A stretch of 63,897 nt of DNA, filler included, from Globobulimina sp. (GCA_003354225.1; 38 parts of 38 records of this genome joined end to end with filler, not necessarily neighbours in it), one strand, 5' to 3'. Counted from the first letter of the whole stretch, positions 12,690 through 25,765 are shown. Made by a program: numbers and translations. The notes: generated from the sequence alone by a model not told the origin.

Positions 12690-13002
12690 AAATCGCGCAC
12701 GAGAAAACTAGTGTATTTTGTTTTAAAGTAAGTCAAAGTTTTAATGCTAATTAAATACCTTTACAACACTTAGATTCTACTTAATTCGCGCTCTAACAAT
12801 TCATCAATGTCATCGTCATCATTATCCTTATCATTATCATTCTTATTATTGTTGCTTACATCTGTTGGAGGTTCCGATAATGACTCATTATCAACTGATC
12901 GTAACATTTTTGCAATAAATGATAATTTGCCAATATATTCGTTATTTCAACAGCCTGAATTTGATACAAAAATAAACACACAAGCGCCGCAACCGAAATA
13001 TA

Positions 13003-13380
13003 TTGTAGGCCGGGCGCACGAAACGTTGGCCTACTACCGGGACGATGTTGACTTCTATATTGCCCAACACTACCGTATTTTGAGCGGGCGAGAAAACAAG
13101 GCCACTTGCGGCTCATCAATGGGGGGTTTATTTTCAGCGGTCATTGCATGGGAGTACCCTGATTTTGCCCGCAATCACGCTATGCTATCGTCCTCATTTT
13201 GGGTGACCCGAACTGAACAGGGCAAAATGGAAACGATTGAGCGCTTTCGCACTGGCATTTCCCGCGATGTACGCTTATGGCTTGATAGCGGCACTCTGGA
13301 TCGTCCCGGCGAAGGCGACGACGGTATGACCGATACCATTGCCTCCCGTGACGCCTTACTAGAAAACGGTTACAAAATTG
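13003..13380 (+). CDS. Bacterial-type alpha/beta hydrolase (putative esterase) fragment
   Basis: GSSMGGLFS...WEYPDF, LSSSFW, RLWLDSGT; abrupt rise in GC relative to the upstream part of the contig. Confidence 0.8.
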
Positions 13381-13480
13381 NNNNNNNNNNNNNNNNNNNN
13401 NNNNNNNNNNNNNNNNNNNNNNNNTTAATTAATTAANNNNNNNNNNNNNNNNNNNNNNNNNNNNNNNNNNNNNNNNNNNN

Positions 13481-14920
13481 ATTTTTACTTAATTCGACAT
13501 TTATTGATATTTCTGATAGTAAAAATGATGCAATTTCATATTCATTCCAATCTTGTTTAAATTTCTTATTTGCAGTGGAAATATTTTGAATGAATGATAA
13601 TAATGTTTGCCATAATTCATTTTCTTGCTTTTCTTGCAAAAATAATTTGATTTCATTTGAATAATTTAACAAATAATGTAATGTTGTTTTATTTTGTTTG
13701 TCTAATTCAAATAATGTATTTGTATAATTATCGGCTTGTAATTGTAACTGTAATATTAAAGAGAAATCATTAATTATTAATTGTTTGGCTGACGATGCAA
13801 TTTGGATCCAATAATTTTTGATCATATCTTTTGAATGTCGGCCACCAATAAAATGACTAAACCCACAGACATCGTCTAACAATGAGGAGTTTAACTGCGT
13901 GTGCAACGTTTCTGCATTATTTATATCATAAAATATCAAAATATCATATAACTGATTGATAGGATACGACGATATCCATCGCGCCAATTGATTATTATTC
14001 ATATTCTTTAGTTGTTGATGGTTTTCTGCTTTCTCAAAATCGGATATTATTAATTTACCCAATGACGAGTTACCAAAACACAAATCATTTTCCACAAAAT
14101 CTTTATATTTACAATCCGAATCAAAAGAATATGTTTTTATGGAATTGCATAATTGTAACAATGGTCCAGACGCTAAGCAACATTTAAATGGATGATTCAG
14201 AAAAGTATTTGCAAATTCTGTATGACCCATAACCATAAATTTTTTGCCGGTTAATTTGGTATTAATTATTATGTCCGACACGTTTTTTAGACACATTTTT
14301 AATGCATAATCAATGAATTCATCTGTTGTTAACTTCATCCATTCCAACTTATTTCTGTACATTAATTGATAGATTAACTTCATTGATTGGGCAGAGATTG
14401 CCGACGATTTCATGATGTTTGATATTTCCTCAATGAATGACTCTTCTCCGACCAAAGCCTTTTCAAATAACATCTTTCCGTCCAAATTTAAATCGTTTAT
14501 TTTGCGAACTAATAATTTGATTTTATGCGAGTATTTATTCTCTTTCTTCAAACATTCACATGCAATCAATGCAAATTCTTCATACGAGACATCTTGTAAT
14601 TTTTTAATTAGATCCAAGTCTGGCGATTTATTCTCATTCTCATTGTCACCGTACAATTTGTATAACTCTGCACCATTAATCTTATTATATTTGGTGATGA
14701 TGTCGGCGCGCAACTGCTCAAATTGCACCACAAAGCGTTTCATAATCACATTGCATGTAACAAAGGCAATCTGTCGCGAATTCATTTCATTTAATGATTG
14801 TAAATCTAATTGTTTCTTATCAATTTTTAGATCTCTTGCAATTTTTAGATTATCCGGATCCGCGTCTGCATGATGATCGCGATCGGCTTCTTTTTTTTGA
14901 CACCGGTAATTTAGAACCAT
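13481..14920 (-). CDS. Partial helical-repeat protein of unknown function
   Basis: ~480-codon ORF with recurring 'L..(M/L)...(E/Q)(F/I)A....' units. Confidence 0.65.
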
Positions 14921-14950
14921 TAACTAGTGCCCGTCCATAAACTATCTAGT

Positions 14951-15065
14951 CCCCTCTCCCCATGCTTTTTGGGGAGAGGGTTAGGGTGAGGGGGCACTTG
15001 AATTACGCTATAAATATAGTGCTTTCTGATTAGTTGCCCCCTCACCCCAGCCCTCTCCCCCACAA
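14951..15065. repeat. Pair of inverted bacterial REP-like palindromic repeats
   Basis: CCCTCTCCCC..GGGGAGAGGGTTAGGGTGAGGGGGC (14951-14995) and its inverse GCCCCCTCACCCCAGCCCTCTCCCCA (from 15036). Confidence 0.7.
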
Positions 15066-15329
15066 NNNNNNNNNNNNNNNNNNNNNNNNNNNNNNNNNNN
15101 NNNNNNNNNTTAATTAATTAANNNNNNNNNNNNNNNNNNNNNNNNNNNNNNNNNNNNNNNNNNNNTGGACGTCGTGTAGGGTATATTGGAATGGATGAAA
15201 AGGAATATAAGATTTAAAATTATTAAAATTAGCAGAATACACCACGCTATCCACCAAATATAAAATATCCAATCCCAATAATCTCAAAATCAAAACGCGA
15301 ACTAATTACATCCATCTATGATAAAAAAA

Positions 15330-16750
15330 ACATTTCCTCCGATTTAGCAAAAACAAACAACCAATTAATATTTGAATTAAACTCTTTAAAAAAGCAAATG
15401 TCATTTATGCAGAATGAGATCATCCACAATAAGACACAAATTGAAATCTCACAATTCCAAAAAGAAATTGTCTCAAAACTGTTTGAAGTCATTAAAGATC
15501 ACAAAAATAAGCAAATTGAGTCATTAAATGACTATAATATTCAGTGTAAATCATCCATTTTAAAAACAGAAAGAAAAAGAAAATGAAATGAAAAAATTAA
15601 TCACCGACACACAAGAAATTAGCACCGACGAACAAGCACTGATCAATGATTTGCATACTATCAAATCTCTTAAAAACGAGCTAAAAAACAAAAAAGAAAT
15701 TATTACTATCATTCAAAAAAAAGAACTATTAAAAAACACAAACGATGACATCTTAAAACTAAACGAAAAATTCAACAGTTTCTCAAAAAAACATCAGGAA
15801 CAACGCAGAGCGAATAATGTGTGTTTTTATCCTTGCACTGACCCACAAAAAATGTGATGTTTATACCTATTATTAACAGATTCTACGCGCAGAGAACAAG
15901 CAGCTAAGCCGAGAATTATCTGAAAGCCAAACATCGTATAATGATTTATTCAAAGTGTACAACGAATTGAATGAGTCGCTAATATCATTAAAATATGCGT
16001 CCAATGTGGAATTGGCGAAATATAATCGGCAATGTATGGAATATGGACATGAAATTGGCTTAATATCCTCCGAAATAACCAAATATTCGCACATATTATC
16101 GCAATATTCGCTGTCCAAGGAAGAGAATGAATTGTTATTTGCCAATATGTCGCTGGATTATTACCAGAAATTGCAGGAAAACGATCGCTTAAAAAAAGCA
16201 AATTTATTATTGCAAAATAAATATATTTCATTAGAGGCACAGAATGCGGGCATGGACAATAAACCCATTGCAAACAAGACATATTTGTCAGAATTAGAGG
16301 AAGAAAGACGTACAAATAATAAGTTGAAAGAGAAATATTTTTCAGGCATTTACCGCTTCAAAGAAGATTTGGATTTATTGTATCTACGGACTGAGCGAAC
16401 CATCTCCAACAACAACTTAATGAAACAAGAGACCTTATTATCCACTCTGTCGTTGCAGAAAGAAAACGACAAATTGCACTCGAAACTGGCGCAAAGCCAC
16501 AGCAATTTGGGCATTTTGCAGATCCGCAACACTGAAAACGACTCATTGTCGGCACAAAAGGAAGTGCAACATCGGGAAACTGCAAATAAGCTGAAAATCA
16601 TAGCTGGCAACAAAATAGATTTAGAAAAAAGAGTTTCCATTTTAAAGAAAGCCATTTGTGATTTAAATGGAGCTTTATCGGACTGTCACGTTCAAATGTT
16701 ATCGTTTCAAAAACAAGTCTATGACGAAATGAATTGTGCGCTGCCAAAGG
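15330..16750 (+). CDS. Long coiled-coil protein, partial; frameshift in an A-run at ~15565 and an intron at ~15820-15879
   Basis: K/E/L/N/Q-rich heptad-like ORFs at 15398-15586, 15588-15857 and 15955-16750; start uncertain. Confidence 0.6.
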
Positions 16751-16850
16751 NNNNNNNNNNNNNNNNNNNNNNNNNNNNNNNNNNNNNNNNNNNNTTAATT
16801 AATTAANNNNNNNNNNNNNNNNNNNNNNNNNNNNNNNNNNNNNNNNNNNN

Positions 16851-18435
16851 CAAGTATATATATTTGAACCACCAACGTATAATATATTGCCATCATATCC
16901 TGAATCTATGTATAATGAATTAGCATTTATTAACAATACAAAGCAGCCGCTTGTGGGTATTTCATGGATTGAACTCGCCGTACTCAATACAATATTTATT
17001 TCATTTCACCAACACTGGCGACACATGTACAATGAATCAATCATGCAACGTGTTTATTTTTCAGCTACGATACCGATATTTCAATTTCATGGGAAGAAAT
17101 TCGAAAAATGTGATAATCAGATTGTTGCATTGAGACTTACAGCACGCGATATAATGCATGCCCGCAAAGTTCGTTATTGCAGTACGCGTTTATTTAAATG
17201 TAATTTTGTGGATGTAATTGCGCCATTTTGTACGGATACAGTTAAAGAAATGCCACCTTCTGTTTATACTGAATTAAAATACTATAGGCATGACAGAGGC
17301 GAGTTTGATGATCCTCAGTATAAAGCATTTGTTGAATCATATTTCCCTGCTTTGAAATTGTTAACGTTTGATTCTGAAATAGAATATGAAAAACCAACAG
17401 ATGTTGGCTGTTTACTGGAAGAACGTATATTAAATACCATACAAAAAAATACATTGATTAGAAATGGATTTGATATTGAATTACAAGAATATCTTTTTAG
17501 AGTTCTACAATGTTTGAAAGATGAAGATTTCAGTATATGTTTAGTGATACTAATTATCTTAGATTGTATTTCATTGTTTTATAATGTTTTTATGTATTTT
17601 CTGCAGATATTCGACAACATCCAAAAAATTCAAACCAGCAAAATAAAAATCAACAGAACAATAATAACATTGCTGATTATGCACAAATAAATGCATTGAT
17701 TGCCAAATATTATCACTCGTTGGGAGCAAAATATAATGATCAATTTATGGAATATATCTACGAGAACGAATTTGAAGATGTCTCATTAGACGATATTTTA
17801 GGATCGAATACGAATCCAAATGATTGTACATTGTTAGATTTTGATAAGGAGTTTCTTGTTCATCCTTCATTTAATATTGAGTCTCAGGAAGAATTACATG
17901 AATATATTTTTTATTTCCTGCAATGTTGTTATTTGAATAGTATTTTCAGTCTACAATGTTTAGTAATATTGCATTTCTAAAATTTGTTTTCTTTATTTTA
18001 TTTTTCAATGTATTTTATTATATTCAGATATGTTAGAAAAAGTTCCCCATTTCATATGTGAGGATACAGATAATTGCATAATAATACAACAAACGGATGA
18101 ATGTATTCGTGCAGCACATATCCAACGGATAGGTTTGGATGGTTACACTGTATCTTTTTGTGATGATACACAACTGTATGCCTTCAATGCAAATGATGAA
18201 AATGTGCATTTTGTTGAAGGTGCATTTCGAATTTATTATAACTCAAAATATCAAAATCTGCCAAGTTAAAATGTTTCTGTTTTTTTTTATGTTTACTATC
18301 TATACAAAATTAAATTCATTTTCAGATAGTATTTCAGTGCTTGGTGGCGATGGTGATAATACATCAAAAACTCCAACATCACCTTCGAATTCCAGTTCCT
18401 CCCAATCCTCTGACCATAAACAACCAGCAACAATT
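16851..18435 (+). CDS. Multi-exon hypothetical protein, partial
   Basis: Consecutive + strand ORFs separated by T-rich segments ending in CAG; no family recognised. Confidence 0.55.
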
Positions 18436-18734
18436 NNNNNNNNNNNNNNNNNNNNNNNNNNNNNNNNNNNNNNNNNNNNTTAATTAATTAANNNNNNNNN
18501 NNNNNNNNNNNNNNNNNNNNNNNNNNNNNNNNNNNGAGTATTTAAGCCTTGCTCAAATGACAATTTCGCCCTACTTTAGTGTCATTGCAGAACCGTTTTC
18601 ACTCAAAATCATTACTTTATCTAGCTAACGGCCCAAAGGAGATAAAGCAACCAAATTCCATAAATTTTCAATGCCGAGAGCATTTCTGACCATTTTCAAG
18701 GGTAAAATTAGCAATTTTAGCTGTCGGCTAAATA

Positions 18735-18861
18735 TTACGCTATTAATATTAATGTTAATATTTTAGGCTTAATATTATTAAATATTAATATTAAGTGAAG
18801 TTGATTTAATATGAATATTAAGTATTAATATTAACCGAAAATCCAATATTAAGGCAACACT
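18735..18861. repeat. AATATT-rich subrepeat array ending in AAGGCAACACT (possible transposon terminus)
   Basis: Many (T)AATATT(AA) copies within ~125 bp. Confidence 0.45.
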
Positions 18862-18892
18862 AATTATCAGTTCAGTATATGACCTAAGCCGT

Positions 18893-19416
18893 CCAGATGA
18901 CCGCGTCAGAAACTGCGCAGATTGTCCTTGGTTTATACGTCACCCATCGATTAGAGTAAAAGCGTACAACTTTTTCAGTTGAAACATCATGAAATTAACA
19001 GAAGCTATATAACCGGAAGTTCCATTTTCTAAGCTTACAAACTTTCCACTTCGAGCTTCATTGCCAACCATTGGGTATTTTGAATTCGGACACTTTAGAT
19101 AAATGTGTCATGTCCGAATTACCCCAAAATGCGACCCACCAAGGATTTCGTTAAAGCTTCCTAGGTTCTAGTGCTTCAAAGTTAGCAGCTTCATGCTAAC
19201 TTATGCAATAGAGAGAGATTTGATGTCTTCCTAGTTTAAACAGAACCTAATCACCATACGATCGGTACCAAACTTAGAAAATGTTTAGTCGACTTGTAAT
19301 CATGGAGATAAACGTGGCTCGATAGGAGAGAATATCTAGGGGTCAAATCTATGTGTAAGAGTCTGAATACGTCTCTACCTTCCATTACGCATAGATTATC
19401 CCAATTATAGAGACGC
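18893..19416 (+). ncRNA. Candidate structured non-coding element, copy A (homologous to 61033-61330)
   Basis: No ORF; many hairpins (e.g. AATTCGGACA/TGTCCGAATT, AAGTTAGCA/TGCTAACTT, TAGGTTCT/AGAACCTA, CGTCTCTA/TAGAGACG); ordered motifs shared with copy B. Confidence 0.45.
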
Positions 19417-20220
19417 ATTAGCGTATATAATTAGTGTTTGATCTTGGTTACATACAATGCATTTCATTAAGAAGTAAACGATGCATGTTCGTATAAGCAT
19501 GTTGCGGGAAATTACTTGGTGTGTGTGTGTGTGTGTTGTCAAAAAAATATATTTTGTAACATAGCAGTCGTGTAAGTATGTAATATGGGAAGAATTTAAA
19601 CAATGGGTAGAAATAAGCGTCTACTTATAGATTAAAACAGTGAAACTTGTTTAGAGATTTGTAATGCAAGTCGACCCTTATTGGTAAATGACTGAAGATT
19701 CATTATGTTACTGCAAGTTGTCTCTTATTGATGCATGACTGAAGGGTAACTTTTACTGGGAAAACCGATTGTACGGTAACATTTAAATTGCTCAAAACGT
19801 ATATATATATCATAGGCGGTATATTACATCATTTGACCTACATAATAGGAAAGTTTTGATATATAATTCAGTATCATAGGTTGTGTACATAGGGGTAGGT
19901 TGTGTTGAACGTTCGCTCTGATATTATATTATAAAATCACCGCGAAATGTGGTGTAACTGACATGCCAAGTAATTTCCGCGAATTGTGGTGCATCAGTAC
20001 AACAGATATCGCCATAGTCGATTGCTACTGGAAATGGTTTGTGTTTTAAGAAACCAGACTGTATATTTCATCAAACTGGACTAATACATTCATTCAGTGC
20101 ATAATATCAGTACCACCATTNNNNNNNNNNNNNNNNNNNNNNNNNNNNNNNNNNNNNNNNNNNNTTAATTAATTAANNNNNNNNNNNNNNNNNNNNNNNN
20201 NNNNNNNNNNNNNNNNNNNN

Positions 20221-21660
20221 TTCTTTTGCTTTTTGGACAGTTAACAATGATAAATCAATTCGTTTCTCTTTTGTTGTATCATACAATATAACATTTGGTA
20301 AACCTATTAATAGATCAACAATAAATTGTGGATAATTGTTTCTATGGTCCCTGGCAACCCAAACTAATGATATCTGTACATCAAAATGCGTCGTATTAAC
20401 AACATACGGTATTAACGGTGCAATCCCTGCGCCCGTTGCCAACGCAAACACGCGTTTCCAAATAAATAGACCCTGACTAAAATTTGGTGGTTTTATGCGA
20501 TGAATCCAGAAATTCCGCTCATTCAACGCCCCATTGTTTGCATCATCCGTCAACTTCGAAGTCCAATCGCCCAAATTCTTAATCAATACCAATGAGCGAT
20601 GCCCCTTTTCTTTATCAAACGGCAACGGCGTAATACCCATCACATGGAATTCCGTCCAATTTGTGGACAATTTGCATACTGCGCCCATCGGGGACCAGAT
20701 TGGAAAAATAAATGCCGTCGAAACTCCACTCGAAGCTGCTACAATTTCGACATTTTTGCCCCTGATTTTATGCAGAATAAGCCATGGATATACGGTCAAA
20801 ATGGCCAATCCGCCAGCAAATGCTGAGGGAGTATTCAATATTAAATGCGTCAAATCTAATTGCTGCCGATTCCATGCTTCCCGGTTTACAAAAAAAACGT
20901 GTAATATTAAGAAACACAGTGATAGCCAATTTAAATAACGATGCAGGACTTCGAATGAATTATGATAATGATATCGGAAACACGGCGCAGCAGACACACA
21001 TATTAAGAGCAGCAACGATGGCAAAGCAAAAGCAGTAATTGTGATGGCGTTAAATTCATAATTTGAATATCGAAATACATCGAAAAAGTATATAGTGTTC
21101 CAGAGATAGGCAGTTATACCGAACGACGCATGCAGTCCACCAATGCAATCAAGCAAGCGGCTACAATGATATTTGCAAAAGTTATTCAAACAAAATGAAT
21201 GCTGCGCTGTGCAGTATATCAGCCATAAAAATAATTTATCCCGAATTAAAGCGGCAAAAAAGACAGGGCCCACAGCCAAGAAAGCAATTTCTGTCAACAT
21301 GCTGTTAGACGACAACCAAATATAAGCGATGATAACGTTGGTGATCAGGATCAGTATTTGCCATAACAAGTAATGGGCATATATTCGGATTGCATAACAT
21401 TTGCAAACACTAACTGTTATAGCACCGCCTGCCAGTTTCTGTGCTAAGTTGACATTCGATGCAGAAAAGGAAGCGTCTTCTTTCCCGATCGCCAATGATA
21501 AGGGCTCTAATTCTGATTTCTCAGCGTGATCATGAAATTCATAGTGATTGTCAGAGGTTCGCTTCCTTGTTTTGTTCAATTGTTCTTGCAACTGAGTCAA
21601 TTTTTTATTCAATAATTTGTTTTCTTTGCGTAGTAGAATTAATTCCGTCTCTTCAGCCAT
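20221..21660 (-). CDS. TmpA-like multi-pass membrane oxidoreductase (FNR-like NAD(P)-binding C-terminus), 3' partial
   Basis: ~6 TM helices, GGLHAS, HYHNSFEVLHRYLNW, EFHVMG, GDWT, ATGAGIAP, LVWVAR, YDTT...RIDL. Confidence 0.75.
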
Positions 21661-21715
21661 GGTAAAAAAAAAAAAACAGTGCTGTTTTTTTTTTATCGCA
21701 TCAGTAGCATCGATC

Positions 21716-21805
21716 ATGGCATCAGGAAAGGATAACTCGCAAATGGTGGATAAACTATTAAGCGTAGCATTCGGTGAGATGGACGGAGCAAAACCGGGAG
21801 AAAAA
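21716..21805 (+). CDS. Possible 5' end of a divergent gene (MASGKDNSQMVDKLL...)
   Basis: ATG followed by an open frame to the contig end; only 30 codons. Confidence 0.35.
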
Positions 21806-23629
21806 NNNNNNNNNNNNNNNNNNNNNNNNNNNNNNNNNNNNNNNNNNNNTTAATTAATTAANNNNNNNNNNNNNNNNNNNNNNNNNNNNNNNNNNNNNNN
21901 NNNNNCGAGCTTGGGCATGTATGTTAACAAATTATCTAAATAAGTCAATCAGTTTATAATATCGATTAGTAACTGTATTTATTTGCAGTTGTATGTAGTC
22001 AGTCAGTACACGGTAGATATTTATGTAATTTTAGGAAAATGTAACAGAATATGAACAAAATCCTCCAAACTCATCTTCAGCTGATGACAACAATGAAGTC
22101 GATTATGATCGCGGATTTATAGAAACTCCAAACAGTGGATTTGAAAGGATGATGGTCGACGATGCCGAAGACAACTGTTTAGCTATGGAAGATGGAAGTG
22201 ATGGTAGTGTAGATTCCTTATTAGGTGATGGTACTGGATTTCTTCAGCAAATGTCGACGCCCGAGATTTGCGCTGCTTTGAACGACGATGTACTTTTCAA
22301 AGATTATAATGCATTTCATTTGAACGGGATGACGACAGCGGAACAAATTGAATTTGAACTGGGAAAGGTAAATGATTTTGACCCTCGCTTACTGTACAGT
22401 CATCGGTAGCTTTTTAAATGAATTGTATTTCGTTTGGGCAGAAACATTGTTTCCACAATCAATCAAACCCATCCGTATAAACAAACATTGTTTCCATGTT
22501 TCATTCAAAGAGCATTTTCAATACATATCGATTTACAATCCATATCTGTTAAAATCGCTAAAAATCGCATATTTTCATCAATTTTTACGAAAAAAAGCCT
22601 GAACTCGGAGTTATACTGTACATAACATAGTGATAACGATAACAACATAATTTCCGTTCTATTTAGTCTTTTTTCATCCTGTACTCTTGTCGTTTTTAGG
22701 CTTCAATTCGAAGTGCAGAAGAGTACAAGCGGTTTGTCAAAATTGCCACATTTTCTGGTCTTCATGGTTTGGAATGTGTATTGAAATCAAAGTGACTCTT
22801 TGGCCGCCAAAGGCATGAATGAATATTATAATGTTTTTATTACTTAAATTAAAATTGTCATTTTTATTACTTAAACTTAAATTGTCATTCTTGACTGTCG
22901 TATGTTGATTGAAATTCCAATTAGTTTGGCGTTCCAATTTTTGCTAAATGTACTTGAAAACTAATAAAAAATAAAAATGTTGTCAGGGGAATGTCAGGGG
23001 ATTTCGATCCGAGTCAGGGCCAGGGGTATTTAGTCCGAAATCCGAGTATTTGTTTCTCAAAACTGAAATCCGTTAGCTGCCAAATCTCGGGATAATGCGA
23101 AACCGATCGGATCGCCACAAATCGACTTTTTATCCATCAAAAGTAGTTTAGAACAATGCTATACTAATAAAATGTATTGTATGGGGGATGCGGACACATT
23201 GCCTGCCTGCTTGGATTGCCTGTCCATCTAATGTCTACCTAATGCAATGCGCACGCCCCCTCCGCGGTGCCTAAACTGAACAAAAATAATGATGCCACTG
23301 TGCAATTGCTGGATACTGCGTGTGTGTGCGGAGAGAGAAAAGAGAATATAAATTATGGAAGTAAATATCCCACCATCTCTTCGCGCTGTCTTAATGGAAA
23401 CAACGAACAAAACAGGTGAAAGCTACAATGTACGTGAATATACATTATTTAGTGCTATTACATAGAAATATTGTATCGTGGCTTTGCAGNNNNNNNNNNN
23501 NNNNNNNNNNNNNNNNNNNNNNNNNNNNNNNNNTTAATTAATTAANNNNNNNNNNNNNNNNNNNNNNNNNNNNNNNNNNNNNNNNNNNNAGACCTTTTTT
23601 GTTTTTAATGATTAAGCAAATGGTTTTAA

Positions 23630-24043
23630 TTACGTATTTATGGAAAACGGACCTTGTATGTTTTTTTCTTGTTTGATTTCCGTTTTATATGAACCAACTT
23701 TGGAATTATAGCAACGGACATCTCCATTGGATAAAACTGCGAGAAACTCCTTTTGAGAGTGATTGACGACGCTGAGATCCTCTCTGCTGTTCTCGCGATG
23801 CGTGGTTTGCGGGTAGGCCCAATATAACTTTTTGATTCTTTTCACGGGGTTTTGTTCTCCCCATATTTTGATGACTTTTTTCTTCTTGCAACTGATGACT
23901 TTAATCAATCCGGTGTCGTCGCCGACTATTAAGGTGCCTGTTAAGTTGTGTGTGTGTTGACGCACTTCTGTGCCTTTGCGTGATAACAAATCTCGTGGGA
24001 CTTCATAAAAGTGTTTTAATGGTTGGGCTGATGATCGCGGCAT
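23630..24043 (-). CDS. N-terminus of a WDR74/Nsa1-like WD40 ribosome biogenesis protein (partial)
   Basis: LIVGDDTGLIKVI, IKKLYW and LAVLSNGDVRCY resemble the first blades of WDR74/Nsa1. Confidence 0.5.
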   Translation of the reverse strand: MPRSSAQPLKHFYEVPRDLLSRKGTEVRQHTHNLTGTLIVGDDTGLIKVISCKKKKVIKIWGEQNPVKRIKKLYWAYPQTTHRENSREDLSVVNHSQKEFLAVLSNGDVRCYNSKVGSYKTEIKQEKNIQGPFSINT

Positions 24044-24897
24044 GATTTCTACTTAAAAATGTTTTTTTGAGAATTGTAGTACATTATTCGTATTCAACTG
24101 TTTCGAAGCGTTTCCGAAAACACGTTTCAACAGAGAACCCAAGTTGAATATGAATACAGTGTTATAAGAGCATATCCCATACAAGCATTTTCCGAATCTG
24201 GTGTGCGATGGCCGGTGATGCTCATTTTATTAAAATGTTTAAATCAGAACTTCATCTTATCCGATATTCTTTTTGATGCATTTTTGTCAATTTTGTTTAT
24301 GAAATGCAAAAAAAAATATAGATTTTTATACAGGTACATAAAAAAAAATGGAGTAACGTTTGGTATTATTTATATGGTAAATACTGGAAAATTAAAGTTT
24401 GCGATCGGATATAAACAAAACAATAATAAAAATAAAAATGGATTTGATGAAGAATCGGATGATGATGGAGAAGATTTGGAATTGGGCGATGATGACAAAG
24501 GTGGTATGTTTGCGGATGATGAGCAAACTGCAGATGAAGAAGAATCGGATATTAATCATGTTAAAAAGAAGAAAATCAAGGAAAGTGAGGCTAAATCAAA
24601 AGTGGAAATGCTTGTATGTTTTGTTGTGTATTTATTTATCTATCGATTTTTGATTGTGTTCATTGCTGTTTTTGTTAGACATTGGTAGAGGAATCGGATT
24701 AAAGTTTAATAGATTGGATTGGAATGATTATACAAATATTTATTATATTTATATTAGCAAATGATTTTTTTTTATTTTTTTTTAATTCCTTTCTAAATTT
24801 TTTCCTTCAATAATTTTTACCGTATAATTGTCTTTTCAATAATTTTAAAGATATATCTGAACACAGCAAGTGGTTGAAATTCTTAATTCGAGAAAGA

Positions 24898-25010
24898 TCA
24901 GAGTCAGATTTTTATTTTTCAGCGTCAGAAGCAAACCGTTTCTTGGTGACTGACAAATGTAAAAATTATAGGTTTGCTTTCGTTTCTCGGAAAAAATAAT
25001 CCGACGTTGA
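24898..25010. mobile_element. Diverged copy of the TCAGCGTCAGATTTTTA MITE family
   Basis: Aligns with the reverse complement of 25766-25912 (AGCAAACCGTTTCT.GGTGACTGA.AAA.GTAAAAAT...TTCGTTTCTC.GAAA). Confidence 0.75.
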
Positions 25011-25765
25011 GGGCAAATATCCAGTTCAGGATTTTGTTTATGCGATTAACGGATATATACTGTTTTTTTGAAAACTCGAGCTCGATCATTATTTACCAAA
25101 TTCATTAGTCTGTAAACAGAACCTTTAGGAACGAACAAGAACGACAACAATAAAAGACATCAACAATAATTTANNNNNNNNNNNNNNNNNNNNNNNNNNN
25201 NNNNNNNNNNNNNNNNNTTAATTAATTAANNNNNNNNNNNNNNNNNNNNNNNNNNNNNNNNNNNNNNNNNNNNCATTTTTGATATCTTTGATTTGATACT
25301 CATTTGATCCCCAAACTCTTTCTGGTTTGATTCTGTCTGCATTTTGTAAGCAGTACGCGTCAAGCAAAAGGGCGGAGAATAACAATAATGGTCGCCATAA
25401 TACTCATCATGAATCAATATGAAACTCTGGCTGGTGACAGAGAGAGAAAGGAGCAGTTGACATTGAAAATAATATAAATAAATTTGATTTATTTCAATTT
25501 CAATCTGGTTCTCCAATTGATTTGAAACAGAAACGATTTCGCACTCCGAAACAGAAACGTTTCTCAAGTCAACCCTTCGCTTATACACACACACGTGGCA
25601 GTGATCATACTATTCAAGAATTACTTGCGTACGTTGATGAACAAAAGGGATGGGAAGACCACCATATATCAATATTTGGAGGTCTTTGGTCATTGAATGC
25701 AATAAAAATGTCCTAGCAAATGCGTATGAGCAAATCCGACGAGTATAAGTCCGTGAATGATCGAA

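Noticed and set aside
12770-13000. Possible selenoprotein (minus-strand SGC-TGA-NN at 12947-12949)
   Set aside because: An overlapping frame is open across the site, the fragment is truncated by a chimeric junction, and no SECIS-like motif is visible in the short 3' region.
14968-14992. Telomeric TTAGGG
   Set aside because: Single unit inside a bacterial REP-like palindrome.
22834-22890. 27-bp tandem duplication (also 19-bp at ~60639-60676 and ~35-bp at ~30350-30420)
   Set aside because: Two-unit local slippage without spacers; no evidence of function.
21906-23489. Short ORFs on a mostly non-coding contig
   Set aside because: No recognisable motifs or coherent exon chain.
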